In this document: positions 1 to 6,241 of the stretch, piece after piece | Numbering within the stretch: position 1 is the first letter of the stretch | Layout of the letters: each line of letters opens with the position of its first letter | NCBI GenBank assembly: GCA_012798235.1 | Contig: JAAZNP010000022.1 | Span: 1 to 56,202 of the forward strand | Length of the DNA stretch: 56,202 bases | Direction of reading: 5' to 3' | Source of the DNA: Parcubacteria group bacterium | GTDB lineage: Bacteria > Patescibacteriota > Minisyncoccia > UBA6257 | Notes under the pieces: generated by a model | What the model saw: the letters and a program-made list of their open reading frames with translations, nothing else | Told to the model about the DNA's origin: nothing | The model's database searches: none | Program-made: the position numbers and the translations under genes

Positions 1-253
1 AATAAATACCTTTTGTTTTGGCAAAAAAGAAATTTTCTGGCCTATCTTTTAATAGCTTCATTTCAATTAACATCCAAATAATAGCTGGAATTACCGCTAA
101 TTTTAAATGCTCCCAAGTGCTTTCATTAACAGCTGAAAATGTTCCTACTAAAAGATTTTTATTTGACCATTCAAAAGTAAAATGCAATAAACTACCCAAA
201 ATAGTAATAAATATTATTCCTATTAATTCCAGCTTTAAAATTCGTAATTTCAT
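1..253 (-). CDS. small integral membrane protein, N-terminal part only (gene continues beyond window start)
   Basis: Own translation of the minus strand gives ATG at 253..251 with AAGGAAAG 7 nt upstream. Product: MKLRILKLELIGIIFITILGSLLHFTFEWSNKNLLVGTFSAVNESTWEHLKLAVIPAIIWMLIEMKLLKDRPENFFFAKTKGIY, open to base 1. It is absent from the ORF track because it is incomplete. Track ORF 18..281(+) is its antisense shadow. Confidence 0.5.
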   Translation of the reverse strand, partial: MKLRILKLELIGIIFITILGSLLHFTFEWSNKNLLVGTFSAVNESTWEHLKLAVIPAIIWMLIEMKLLKDRPENFFFAKTKGIY

Positions 254-266
254 AAAGGAACTTTCC

Positions 267-422
267 TTAATTATTTTTTAATATTTTCTGTATTTTTCTG
301 AAAAGACTTTTATCGCTTTGGTATGTTAATAAATGATATGTCGCATTATTAAAAGGCTTCCAAATTGCTCCTGAAATTTCTCTATCTTTTTTCTTAGTAA
401 TTTTTGAATTTTTGCATGTCAT
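267..422 (-). CDS. possible 51-aa small ORF (below track size cutoff), unknown function
   Basis: Own translation: MTCKNSKITKKKDREISGAIWKPFNNATYHLLTYQSDKSLFRKIQKILKNN. Its stop overlaps the Shine-Dalgarno-like AAGGAAAG of the next gene. No clear RBS of its own, so this is weak. Confidence 0.2.
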   Translation of the reverse strand: MTCKNSKITKKKDREISGAIWKPFNNATYHLLTYQSDKSLFRKIQKILKNN

Positions 423-454
423 TAGAAACCAATGAACTGTACGAAAATAAAAAT

Positions 455-901
455 TTATGGTCGCGAGCTGACATCTTGATTTATGCTATCAGCGAGACCT
501 CTCAAAAGTCCAAAAAGCGGATTAAATAAACGAGTGGACTTAAAATCATTCCAATGGCCTTCAGCCATTATTCTTTCATCTCTATTACTTAACTGACTTA
601 AAGCTTCTTCAACCTTTTTTGCTTCCTGGGAACCAATGGACTGGGCTTTAATGTCCCCAGCAAACATAAAAGAATTAAGAGCGTAATTTAAAGCTGTGGC
701 GGTGCGATTAATTCTATCTAACTGCTCATAAGCAAGATTTAATTTATTGCTTGTTTCCGCCTTATCTTTGGCTATCGTATCTCTCTCTGTCTGACAAGCG
801 CTATAACTATTTCTCAATTCTCCTTCATGCCAATAGAGATATCCTCCAAAAGCCAAAGCAATGACAGCTACAATGGTAATAATAATTGAATAAATTTTCA
901 T
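455..901 (-). CDS. hypothetical membrane-anchored protein
   Basis: ORF track. N-terminal hydrophobic helix IIITIVAVIALAFGGYLYW, then a polar helical region. AAAGGAAAA lies upstream of the ATG. No family recognised. Confidence 0.6.
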   Translation of the reverse strand: MKIYSIIITIVAVIALAFGGYLYWHEGELRNSYSACQTERDTIAKDKAETSNKLNLAYEQLDRINRTATALNYALNSFMFAGDIKAQSIGSQEAKKVEEALSQLSNRDERIMAEGHWNDFKSTRLFNPLFGLLRGLADSINQDVSSRP

Positions 902-947
902 AGGCCACTAATAATTTTCCTTTTAATTAATTTAATTTTTTAATTTA

Positions 948-1062
948 CGACCTTTTTTATTGTTTTGCCCTCACACCAAATTTTGGTAGTGAGGGGGTAA
1001 TTAATTTCACGAATTAGCATAAGAAAAACACCACACGCTACCCACAATAATGTTTTTCTTGT
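948..1062 (-). repeat. intergenic structured module, copy A (two hairpins)
   Basis: CGACCTTTTTTATTGTTTT, then a bulged hairpin CCCTCACACCAAA/TTTGGTAGTGAGGG (968..995), then GTAATTAATTT. A second stem AAGAAAAACA(1021..1030)/TGTTTTTCTT(1051..1060) encloses CCACACGCTACCCACAATAA. Near-identical blocks recur at 2051..2221 and 2593..2630. Confidence 0.8.
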
Positions 1063-1068
1063 AATCCT

Positions 1069-1077
1069 ATTATATCA
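1069..1077 (-). promoter_or_regulatory. extended -10 promoter (TGaTATAAT) reading into module copy A and gene 455..901
   Basis: The minus strand reads cTGTGATATAATagg. It sits directly downstream of the terminator at 1104..1130. The same TGnTATAAT form recurs at 2227..2235, 15005..15013, 47160..47168 and 55633..55641. Confidence 0.5.
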
Positions 1078-1103
1078 CAGATTCAAACCTTATTTAAATT
1101 TAA

Positions 1104-1130
1104 TAAAAAAGGGAGGACTTTAATCCTCCC
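1104..1130 (-). terminator. intrinsic terminator of the 1868..1154 operon
   Basis: GGGAGGA(1111..1117)/TCCTCCC(1124..1130) stem, followed on the minus strand by TTTTTT. It lies about 20 nt after the stop at 1154. Confidence 0.7.
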
Positions 1131-1153
1131 GATAAATTCGATAGACTCGTAAC

Positions 1154-1582
1154 TCAATATTCATGCTCTATCTTTTCTATTTCTTCTATATTCCTTGCGA
1201 CTAGCACTTTTTTTATTGCTGAATTAATCCTGTCGCTCTTTTTTAAATATTCCTCAATACTCTCTGCCTCAAATGTCTGACTTTTTGGATTGACAAGAAT
1301 ATAACGTATTTCTGTTATTGAAGTAAATTTTTCACTCCTTTGTAAATATCCCACAATGCCATTTGTTTTAAAAAAATTACTTTTTGGATGCGACAGAATA
1401 TAATATATTGCCACTCTTTTTTTACAAGATAATTGCGAGTAACATCCTTCGCAATAGAATGTATGTAAATCCTTTTTCCTCAGAACGCATTCAACCGTTC
1501 CCATTGATGGTCTTTGTCCGGATGTTTGTTCAATTGAATCATTTATTTCTTTTTCTAGCTTCTCAAGTTCTTCATCATTCAT
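1154..1582 (-). CDS. hypothetical protein with a Cys cluster (C-x11-C-x2-C-x5-C)
   Basis: ORF track. Contains ECVLRKKDLHTFYCEGCYSQLSC. Its start overlaps the upstream gene by 8 nt (ATGAATGA). No family recognised. Confidence 0.6.
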   Translation of the reverse strand: MNDEELEKLEKEINDSIEQTSGQRPSMGTVECVLRKKDLHTFYCEGCYSQLSCKKRVAIYYILSHPKSNFFKTNGIVGYLQRSEKFTSITEIRYILVNPKSQTFEAESIEEYLKKSDRINSAIKKVLVARNIEEIEKIEHEY

Positions 1583-1868
1583 ATTTTACCTCCTGTTCTT
1601 TTTCTTTCATTTTTTTGATCATTTTTACAAAAGCTCGTATTTCTTTTTTACCCAGCAATTCCTCTCTGGTATATCTAAGTTTAGGAAAGGCAAGTCCTTT
1701 CATTGAAATCAAAATAAGGCGAAATCCTAAGTCACGCAATTGTTTACTAATGTCTTGGAAAAATTTCCAGTTCTTAAAACTCTCTTCATCCATATAAAAG
1801 GTCATCCATGTATTTTCTTCGGGTACTCTGATATAAGTTTTCCTTACAGGAAACCAAACAATATTCAT
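1575..1868 (-). CDS. hypothetical 97-aa protein, first gene of a two-gene cassette
   Basis: ORF track. Strong RBS AAAGGAGGTAGGAGAA directly before the ATG. Lys/Glu-rich C-terminus. No family recognised. Confidence 0.6.
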   Translation of the reverse strand: MNIVWFPVRKTYIRVPEENTWMTFYMDEESFKNWKFFQDISKQLRDLGFRLILISMKGLAFPKLRYTREELLGKKEIRAFVKMIKKMKEKEQEVKYE

Positions 1869-1966
1869 TTCTCCTACCTCCTTTCTTTTAATGAAATTTA
1901 GATTATATAGAAAATTCTTTCTATTGTTTTCAAGTTACTAAAAATACCCCATTACAGGATATGATG

Positions 1967-1995
1967 AATATAACATATTTTAAAATAAAAGTCAA
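1967..1995 (-). promoter_or_regulatory. sigma70-type promoter TTGACT-17-TATATT for the 1868..1154 cassette
   Basis: Minus strand: cTTGACTtttattttaaaatatgtTATATTcat. The -35 is 1995..1990 and the -10 is 1972..1967. It lies about 100 nt upstream of the ATG at 1868. Confidence 0.55.
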
Positions 1996-2011
1996 GGTTT
2001 CTGTCCTGCTT

Positions 2012-2221
2012 AAAAAGCCCTTAATAAGGGCTTTTAATTTTGAATTTTAGCGACCCTTTTTATTGTTTTACCCTCACACCAAATTTTGGTAGTGATGGGT
2101 TAATTAATCTTATCTTTCAATGAATTTTTCATTAATTGTAAGAAAAACACACACGCTACCCACCGGGATTGGCTACCCGCTAGAGTTTTTAAACTCAAGC
2201 TTTGTCCGTGTTTTTCTTACG
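2012..2221 (-). ncRNA. candidate ~210-nt small RNA (module copy B, with its own promoter and terminator)
   Basis: The TGcTATAAT promoter at 2235..2227 is followed by a 13-bp stem GTAAGAAAAACAC(2220..2208 on minus)/GTGTTTTTCTTAC. Next come an AATGAA/TTCATT hairpin and the CCCATCACTACCAAA/TTTGGTGTGAGGG bulged hairpin. Then AAAAAGGGTCG and a terminator AAAGCCCTTATTAAGGGCTTTTT (2036..2012). The longest internal ORF is 10 codons. Confidence 0.35.
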
Positions 2222-2226
2222 TTTTT

Positions 2227-2235
2227 ATTATAGCA
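2227..2235 (-). promoter_or_regulatory. extended -10 promoter (TGcTATAAT) of the candidate sRNA
   Basis: The minus strand reads ttTGTGCTATAATaaaaac, about 7 nt upstream of the G that starts the 13-bp stem. Confidence 0.45.
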
Positions 2236-2269
2236 CAAAATCACGCCTTGATAATTATTATCCATATCA

Positions 2270-2551
2270 TTATCTATCTTTATGATAAACAATGACATAC
2301 CAATCTTTATAGGTTAATCCTTGTATAATCGAACCAATAAGAATCCCGTATAAAAACGGAATTTTTATATGGAGTGAAAATAAAATCACTAAAAGTATAA
2401 CGGACCACAACCAATGATGGAGATGGATATAGTAATTCTTTATTAAAAAACGAAGTGATCTTTCTAATCTATCGCCTTCATATTTTCCTGCAAAAATTTT
2501 CCAAAACAAAAAACCAATTATTATACCTAAAAATAACAACAAAATACTCAT
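2270..2551 (-). CDS. hypothetical small membrane protein (about 3 TM helices)
   Basis: ORF track. Hydrophobic segments ILLLFLGIIIGFLFW, LWSVILLVILFSL and FLYGILIGSIIQG. Confidence 0.6.
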   Translation of the reverse strand: MSILLLFLGIIIGFLFWKIFAGKYEGDRLERSLRFLIKNYYIHLHHWLWSVILLVILFSLHIKIPFLYGILIGSIIQGLTYKDWYVIVYHKDR

Positions 2552-2592
2552 AATATTATTCTAGAATTTCTAATCTAAATTTTATTTTCTTG

Positions 2593-2630
2593 CCCTCACA
2601 CCAAAATTTGGTAGTGATGGGTTAATTAAT
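2593..2630 (-). repeat. intergenic module, copy C (bulged hairpin only)
   Basis: CCCTCACACCAAAATTTGGTAGTGATGGGTTAATTAAT. It starts immediately after the stop of the HAD gene (2626) and lies about 40 nt before the ATG at 2551. Confidence 0.75.
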
Positions 2631-3267
2631 TTAAAAGGTAATTTAGAATTTTATTAATATCGTTATTTTCTATAATTATATCCACAACTCGTTTAATTTC
2701 TTCATCTTTTGGATTAAAAGCTATTGATAGGCCAACAATTTCAAGCATTGCTATGTCATATTTACTGTCACCAATGGCAACAAATTGAGATAAAGGAATT
2801 TCTAATTGTTTTGATAAATTTGTTAATACTTTATCTTTTCGTAATAATTCGACACGACATATTCCTGTGCCTAATAAATTACCATTTTGATCGATTGTTA
2901 AACCATTAGCAAATACGTAATCGAATTCTAATTCTTTATTAATTTTATTGGCTAAAACATCTAGGCCTGCGCTGACTAAAGCAGTAATATACCCCTTCTT
3001 CTTGCATTCTGTAACTACTTGTTTGGCGCCTTCAATTATTTTTGTATTTTGAAATATATTTTCTATTGTTTTTATATTCATTTTCGGCCAAAGAGATATA
3101 TCTCTTCGCATAAATTCACTATAATCTATCTTACCATCAAGATAATCTTTAAATGATTTACTATTATCAACTCCGAAATATTTGTGTATAGTAATCCAAC
3201 TAGAATCTTCCTCTGCTATTACACCATCCATATCAAAAATTACAACTTTCTTATGTTTATTATTCAT
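2626..3267 (-). CDS. HAD-superfamily hydrolase, phosphoserine-phosphatase-like (subfamily IB)
   Basis: VVIFDMDGVI (DxDG nucleophile motif), ALVSAGLD, and VAIGDSKYDIAMLEIVGLSIAFNPKDE (motif IV GDxxxD). Its ATG overlaps the upstream stop (TAATG). Confidence 0.75.
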   Translation of the reverse strand: MNNKHKKVVIFDMDGVIAEEDSSWITIHKYFGVDNSKSFKDYLDGKIDYSEFMRRDISLWPKMNIKTIENIFQNTKIIEGAKQVVTECKKKGYITALVSAGLDVLANKINKELEFDYVFANGLTIDQNGNLLGTGICRVELLRKDKVLTNLSKQLEIPLSQFVAIGDSKYDIAMLEIVGLSIAFNPKDEEIKRVVDIIIENNDINKILNYLLN

Positions 3268-4280
3268 TATTCAATTTCTTTAGATAACTTTATCAACTTA
3301 TCTTTTAATAATTCATATTGTGAGCGAGACAAAGGATACGGTGTTCCCCCGCCATGATTAAAAGAATTAGCAAAGGATTCACTAAATTTACCTTGGGGTC
3401 CAAATAATAACTCTTTAGGCCCTTCATATGGTCGTTTAATAGTAAAATCTATAAAATGAGGCCATCTACGATCTCCTATAGAGGGCTTTTTTATTTGATC
3501 TTCAAAAAATAAACCTCGATTATCATCCAAAACCATATAATAAGGCTCTACAATTTCACAAATATAAAATCTATGTATTTTTATCGACGTTTTAGGGTTT
3601 TTCGAATGAGCCATTCCACCCTTAAGCGTACTAGCAAATAGAAAAATAATAGTATCGCCTTTCTGCATATCTAATATATGTGGCAATGCCTTTGGATGTT
3701 GCCTAAAGGCCCAAAATGGATGGAGAGGTTGGCTTTTTAACATGCGGTCAAAATTTTTTACCGCTGATCCTTTGGGCCCACCTTTTAGAAAAACTACCCA
3801 ATATTGACTCTTGGATGCATCGCTTACGCTCGAAGCTCGATAAATTAATGACTCTCTAGATAAACGAGAAATATTTTCTGCAATCCAATCCGAAAAATCT
3901 TCATGATCTATTATAACTACATCTATATTCTCAAAATATTTTTTATCAGTTTTGCCTAAAACTACAACAAATCCCTGTTTTTGTTTAATATAATTTTTCT
4001 GATTATCTTTTTTAAAATTACTAATCTGCCATTTTACTTCTACTGGCACACTGTTCTGCATGTTCTTAAAGAAAATTTCTAAATCAACTCGATATCGTTC
4101 TTCTGTTTTTGTACCTTCGGGAACTATAAGATTGATTTGATAGTTCCGTAATCTATCTGGTAATAATTTCTGTCTTTGTTGTGAATCACCAAAATAATAT
4201 CGTTCAAATAAATAACGATGAATTAATTTTTCATTAAAAGCGTTTCTGTTAATCTTTTTAAAAATATTGATTTCGCTCAT
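3267..4280 (-). CDS. predicted PD-(D/E)XK nuclease fused to a PUA/EVE-like (ASCH-superfamily) domain
   Basis: N-terminal half: HRYLFE ... YRVDLEIFF ... VPVEVKW fits the E / D / ExK pattern of restriction-endonuclease-fold nucleases. C-terminal half: YWVVFLKGG ... FWAFRQHPKALPHILDMQKGDTIIFLFAS ... FYICEIVEPYY ... RWPHFIDFTI resembles the EVE/PUA-like beta-barrel signature. Domain calls are by eye only. Confidence 0.45.
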   Translation of the reverse strand: MSEINIFKKINRNAFNEKLIHRYLFERYYFGDSQQRQKLLPDRLRNYQINLIVPEGTKTEERYRVDLEIFFKNMQNSVPVEVKWQISNFKKDNQKNYIKQKQGFVVVLGKTDKKYFENIDVVIIDHEDFSDWIAENISRLSRESLIYRASSVSDASKSQYWVVFLKGGPKGSAVKNFDRMLKSQPLHPFWAFRQHPKALPHILDMQKGDTIIFLFASTLKGGMAHSKNPKTSIKIHRFYICEIVEPYYMVLDDNRGLFFEDQIKKPSIGDRRWPHFIDFTIKRPYEGPKELLFGPQGKFSESFANSFNHGGGTPYPLSRSQYELLKDKLIKLSKEIE

Positions 4281-4327
4281 ATATATTTTTATATGGCTTC
4301 ATCTATCCTGTCCTTGCTTATTATATA

Positions 4328-4505
4328 AAAACCCCGTCATGGTGGGGTTTTAAAATCTTAATCTTATATAAAACCAATAAACTCCTTTTTATAACAAAAT
4401 CATCTTTCTTATTTGGGGAATATCTTTTATTCTCATAAATTTGAGGTTAAATTTATCCCCACCGTTTTCACTCTCTATTTTACCACTGTTTTAGAGGATT
4501 TTCAA
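4328..4505 (-). promoter_or_regulatory. promoter plus ~145-nt leader ending in an intrinsic terminator (attenuator/riboswitch-like, or a separate sRNA) upstream of the nuclease operon
   Basis: Minus strand: TTGAAA(4505..4500)-17 nt with TG-TAAAAT(4482..4477). The transcript ends at AAAACCCCaccatgacGGGGTTTT (4351..4328), then TATATAA. The 5' GGTGGGG (4463..4457) is complementary to CCCCACC (4347..4341), which includes the terminator's 5' arm, giving a possible antiterminator. Confidence 0.4.
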
Positions 4506-4521
4506 TAAGGAGTTTAATAAT

Positions 4522-4551
4522 AAAAAAACCCGCCTCAATGCATGGGCGGGT
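4522..4551 (-). terminator. intrinsic terminator of gene 4568..4876
   Basis: ACCCGCC/GGCGGGT stem, followed on the minus strand by TTTTTTT, 17 nt after the stop. Confidence 0.7.
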
Positions 4552-4567
4552 CAAAAATGGCAAACGG

Positions 4568-4876
4568 TTATTTATAAGCAAATGCTGATCTAAAATTTAG
4601 AACAATTGCTATGAAATTTAGAATAACTGCTAACCAATATACAGATAATATTGATTTAGAAGTTCCGTTTCCGACTGATACCCCTATTAGAAAAGTTTGA
4701 ATAACAAGAATTACCATAAGCAATATCGCGATGCAAAATGCAATTTTGGGCAAATGATTTGTTCTTTGATACTCATTCCCTAGAATAAGTATGTATCCAA
4801 AAACAGAAATTAGCACCAGAAATCCAGCAGTAAGTGCACAAATACCAATAATATATCTTATCATGTCTTCCATCAT
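4568..4876 (-). CDS. hypothetical small membrane protein (3 TM helices)
   Basis: ORF track. Strong RBS AAGGAGG upstream. Almost entirely hydrophobic. Confidence 0.65.
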   Translation of the reverse strand: MMEDMIRYIIGICALTAGFLVLISVFGYILILGNEYQRTNHLPKIAFCIAILLMVILVIQTFLIGVSVGNGTSKSILSVYWLAVILNFIAIVLNFRSAFAYK

Positions 4877-5004
4877 TTCTAACCTCCTTTTTTTATTTTT
4901 TTTATATATAAAAAATGAAAATTGCTTTTTTAGTGCTTTTTTAAAGAACTAATGATTATATAATAATATCATAATTAAAAGAAAATGTCAATAAGAAAGA
5001 GTTT

Positions 5005-5040
5005 AAAAAAACGGCCTGCCAGCAAAGGCAGGCCGCTTTT
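5005..5040 (-). terminator. intrinsic (bidirectional-looking) terminator of gene 5051..5509
   Basis: 9-bp stem CGGCCTGCC/GGCAGGCCG, flanked by an A-run (5005..5011) and a T-run (5037..5040). On the minus strand the hairpin is followed by TTTTTTT. Confidence 0.75.
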
Positions 5041-5050
5041 AGGAATCAAT

Positions 5051-5509
5051 TTATGATTGTAAGGCTGTACAATAAGTGCCTTCTAATTGAACCTGGGTTT
5101 CTTTGGCAGAACCAGTATCTTGACCAAAGAAATGTTTAAAGGTATCTCCAGAAATTGAAGTCAGCGGCACTTTACAATCAAGCCCTGCCATAAGTGTCCC
5201 ATCAGCATTTAAAACTTTGAAACTATAATGACATTTGCCAGCCTCTTCTCCGAAAACAGTAATAACATACTTGGAACCTGGAGTAGTAAAATCCATTTTA
5301 AATTCCGTTGGTTTACAATTTAAGAAATTAGAAGATAAACAACTAGAATCATTGGCACAGTTTACTGGAACCAGATTGGCAACATTAGTGGTGGTAGTTT
5401 CCCCTGGCTTAAGATTAGTGCCTGATTTCTTAGGCAACAGGAAGTAAATAAGTACAATCAGAACAAGGACGATTAAGGCAATAATGATAGTTTTGGTTGT
5501 TTTATTCAT
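5051..5509 (-). CDS. hypothetical secreted/anchored Cys-rich protein
   Basis: Start trimmed from the track's 5581 to the internal MNKTTKTIIIALIVLVLIVLIYFLL (signal/anchor). The extension MPLAFILKRCGIKRV... runs through a 21-bp hairpin. The mature part has 7 Cys. Confidence 0.6.
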   Translation of the reverse strand: MNKTTKTIIIALIVLVLIVLIYFLLPKKSGTNLKPGETTTTNVANLVPVNCANDSSCLSSNFLNCKPTEFKMDFTTPGSKYVITVFGEEAGKCHYSFKVLNADGTLMAGLDCKVPLTSISGDTFKHFFGQDTGSAKETQVQLEGTYCTALQS

Positions 5510-5535
5510 AAATTTGAAATTATGTAATTTATTAT

Positions 5536-5625
5536 CGACCCTTTTTATCCCACACCTTTTTAAGATAAACGCCAAAGGCATATTTTGACGAAGTCTATCT
5601 TAAAAAGGTGCGGGATTTAATAAAT
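5536..5625 (-). repeat. variant intergenic module, copy D (21-bp stem)
   Basis: CGACCCTTTTT, then ATCCCACACCTTTTTAAGATA (5547..5567), a 28-nt loop, TATCTTAAAAAGGTGCGGGAT (5596..5616), then TTAATAAATTT. It has the same flanks as copies A-C but a different stem. Confidence 0.7.
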
Positions 5626-5634
5626 TTGATGGAT

Positions 5635-5757
5635 TTAATTTTGATTTTTAGATTTTTTGGGTTTTTTAATTTTGCGGATAGCAAATTTGTGCTGTTCGTT
5701 ACTTAAACGAGGTGGTTTTCTTAAAGGAAGAAAATTGGTTTTATGAGGATTTTTCAT
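5635..5757 (-). CDS. possible 40-aa very basic small ORF
   Basis: Own translation: MKNPHKTNFLPLRKPPRLSNEQHKFAIRKIKKPKKSKNQN. The ATG lies 6 nt after the TspO stop, with no clear RBS. Confidence 0.25.
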   Translation of the reverse strand: MKNPHKTNFLPLRKPPRLSNEQHKFAIRKIKKPKKSKNQN

Positions 5758-5763
5758 AGTAAT

Positions 5764-6237
5764 TTAATTAAGCAGCCACACTGCACAATTTAAAATTGAA
5801 GCGAAACTAACCCAAAGGATATAAGGAACCAAAAGCAAACCAGCAGTTCGGTGAATTTTATAGAATTTAATGAGAGTAACGAGAATAAAAATCCACAAAA
5901 CAATAATCTCAAAAAAGGCTAATTGAGGATTGTGCAGACCGAAAAAAATAATCGACCAGAGCGAGTTTAAGATCAATTGGACAAAATAAAAAATTAGAGC
6001 ACCTTTTACTTCAGAATGCTCTCGTTTTTGATACACCAAAAAAGCAGCTACAGCCATCAAAACAAAAAGAATGGTCCAAACTGGTGCAAAAAGCCAATTC
6101 GGCGGAGCAAAAGATGGTTTGGTCAAAGTGCGATACCAAGAAGCAATATTGGGGGTAGTAAATGACGACCCGATAAAGGCAGCGACAAAAGTAATCAGTA
6201 AAAAACCTAATAAAGGAATAATTTTTTGTTTAATCAT
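5764..6237 (-). CDS. tspO: TspO/MBR family tryptophan-rich sensory protein
   Basis: WYRTLTKPSFAPPNWLFAPVWTILFVLMAVAAFLVY and five TM helices are typical of TspO. Confidence 0.85.
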   Translation of the reverse strand: MIKQKIIPLLGFLLITFVAAFIGSSFTTPNIASWYRTLTKPSFAPPNWLFAPVWTILFVLMAVAAFLVYQKREHSEVKGALIFYFVQLILNSLWSIIFFGLHNPQLAFFEIIVLWIFILVTLIKFYKIHRTAGLLLVPYILWVSFASILNCAVWLLN

Positions 6238-6241
6238 AGTT

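Noticed and set aside
18-281. Track ORF 18..281 (+), 87 aa
   Set aside because: It is antisense to a much more convincing minus-strand membrane-protein gene (1..253) that has an RBS and a hydrophobic profile. The plus-frame product is low-complexity with no start context.
948-2630. Interpretation of the bulged hairpin modules as integron attC sites separating gene cassettes
   Set aside because: The extra-helical base and the gene-repeat-gene layout are reminiscent of attC. But I find no RYYYAAC/GTTRRRY core pair flanking the hairpins and no integron integrase in the window. The modules lie 5' of genes and are associated with promoters, rather than at cassette 3' ends.
4400-4447. 15-codon ORF (MRIKDIPQIRKMILL) inside the 4328..4505 leader as a leader peptide
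   Set aside because: There is no Shine-Dalgarno sequence upstream. The composition shows no run of a single regulatory amino acid. It does not overlap the alternative helices in the way classical attenuators do.
5510-5581. N-terminal extensions given by the ORF track for 5051..5581, 11641..12477, 13976..14434, 14656..14871, 19034..19888, 43413..43961, 44155..47178 and 49798..52353
   Set aside because: In each case the extension overlaps a tRNA, a hairpin, a divergent gene or the upstream gene's coding end. An internal Met reproduces the conserved family N-terminus (for example MAKVCAICGK for L28 and MIFGGLQKTTLVDYPG for NrdG). The shorter coordinates are used in the features list.
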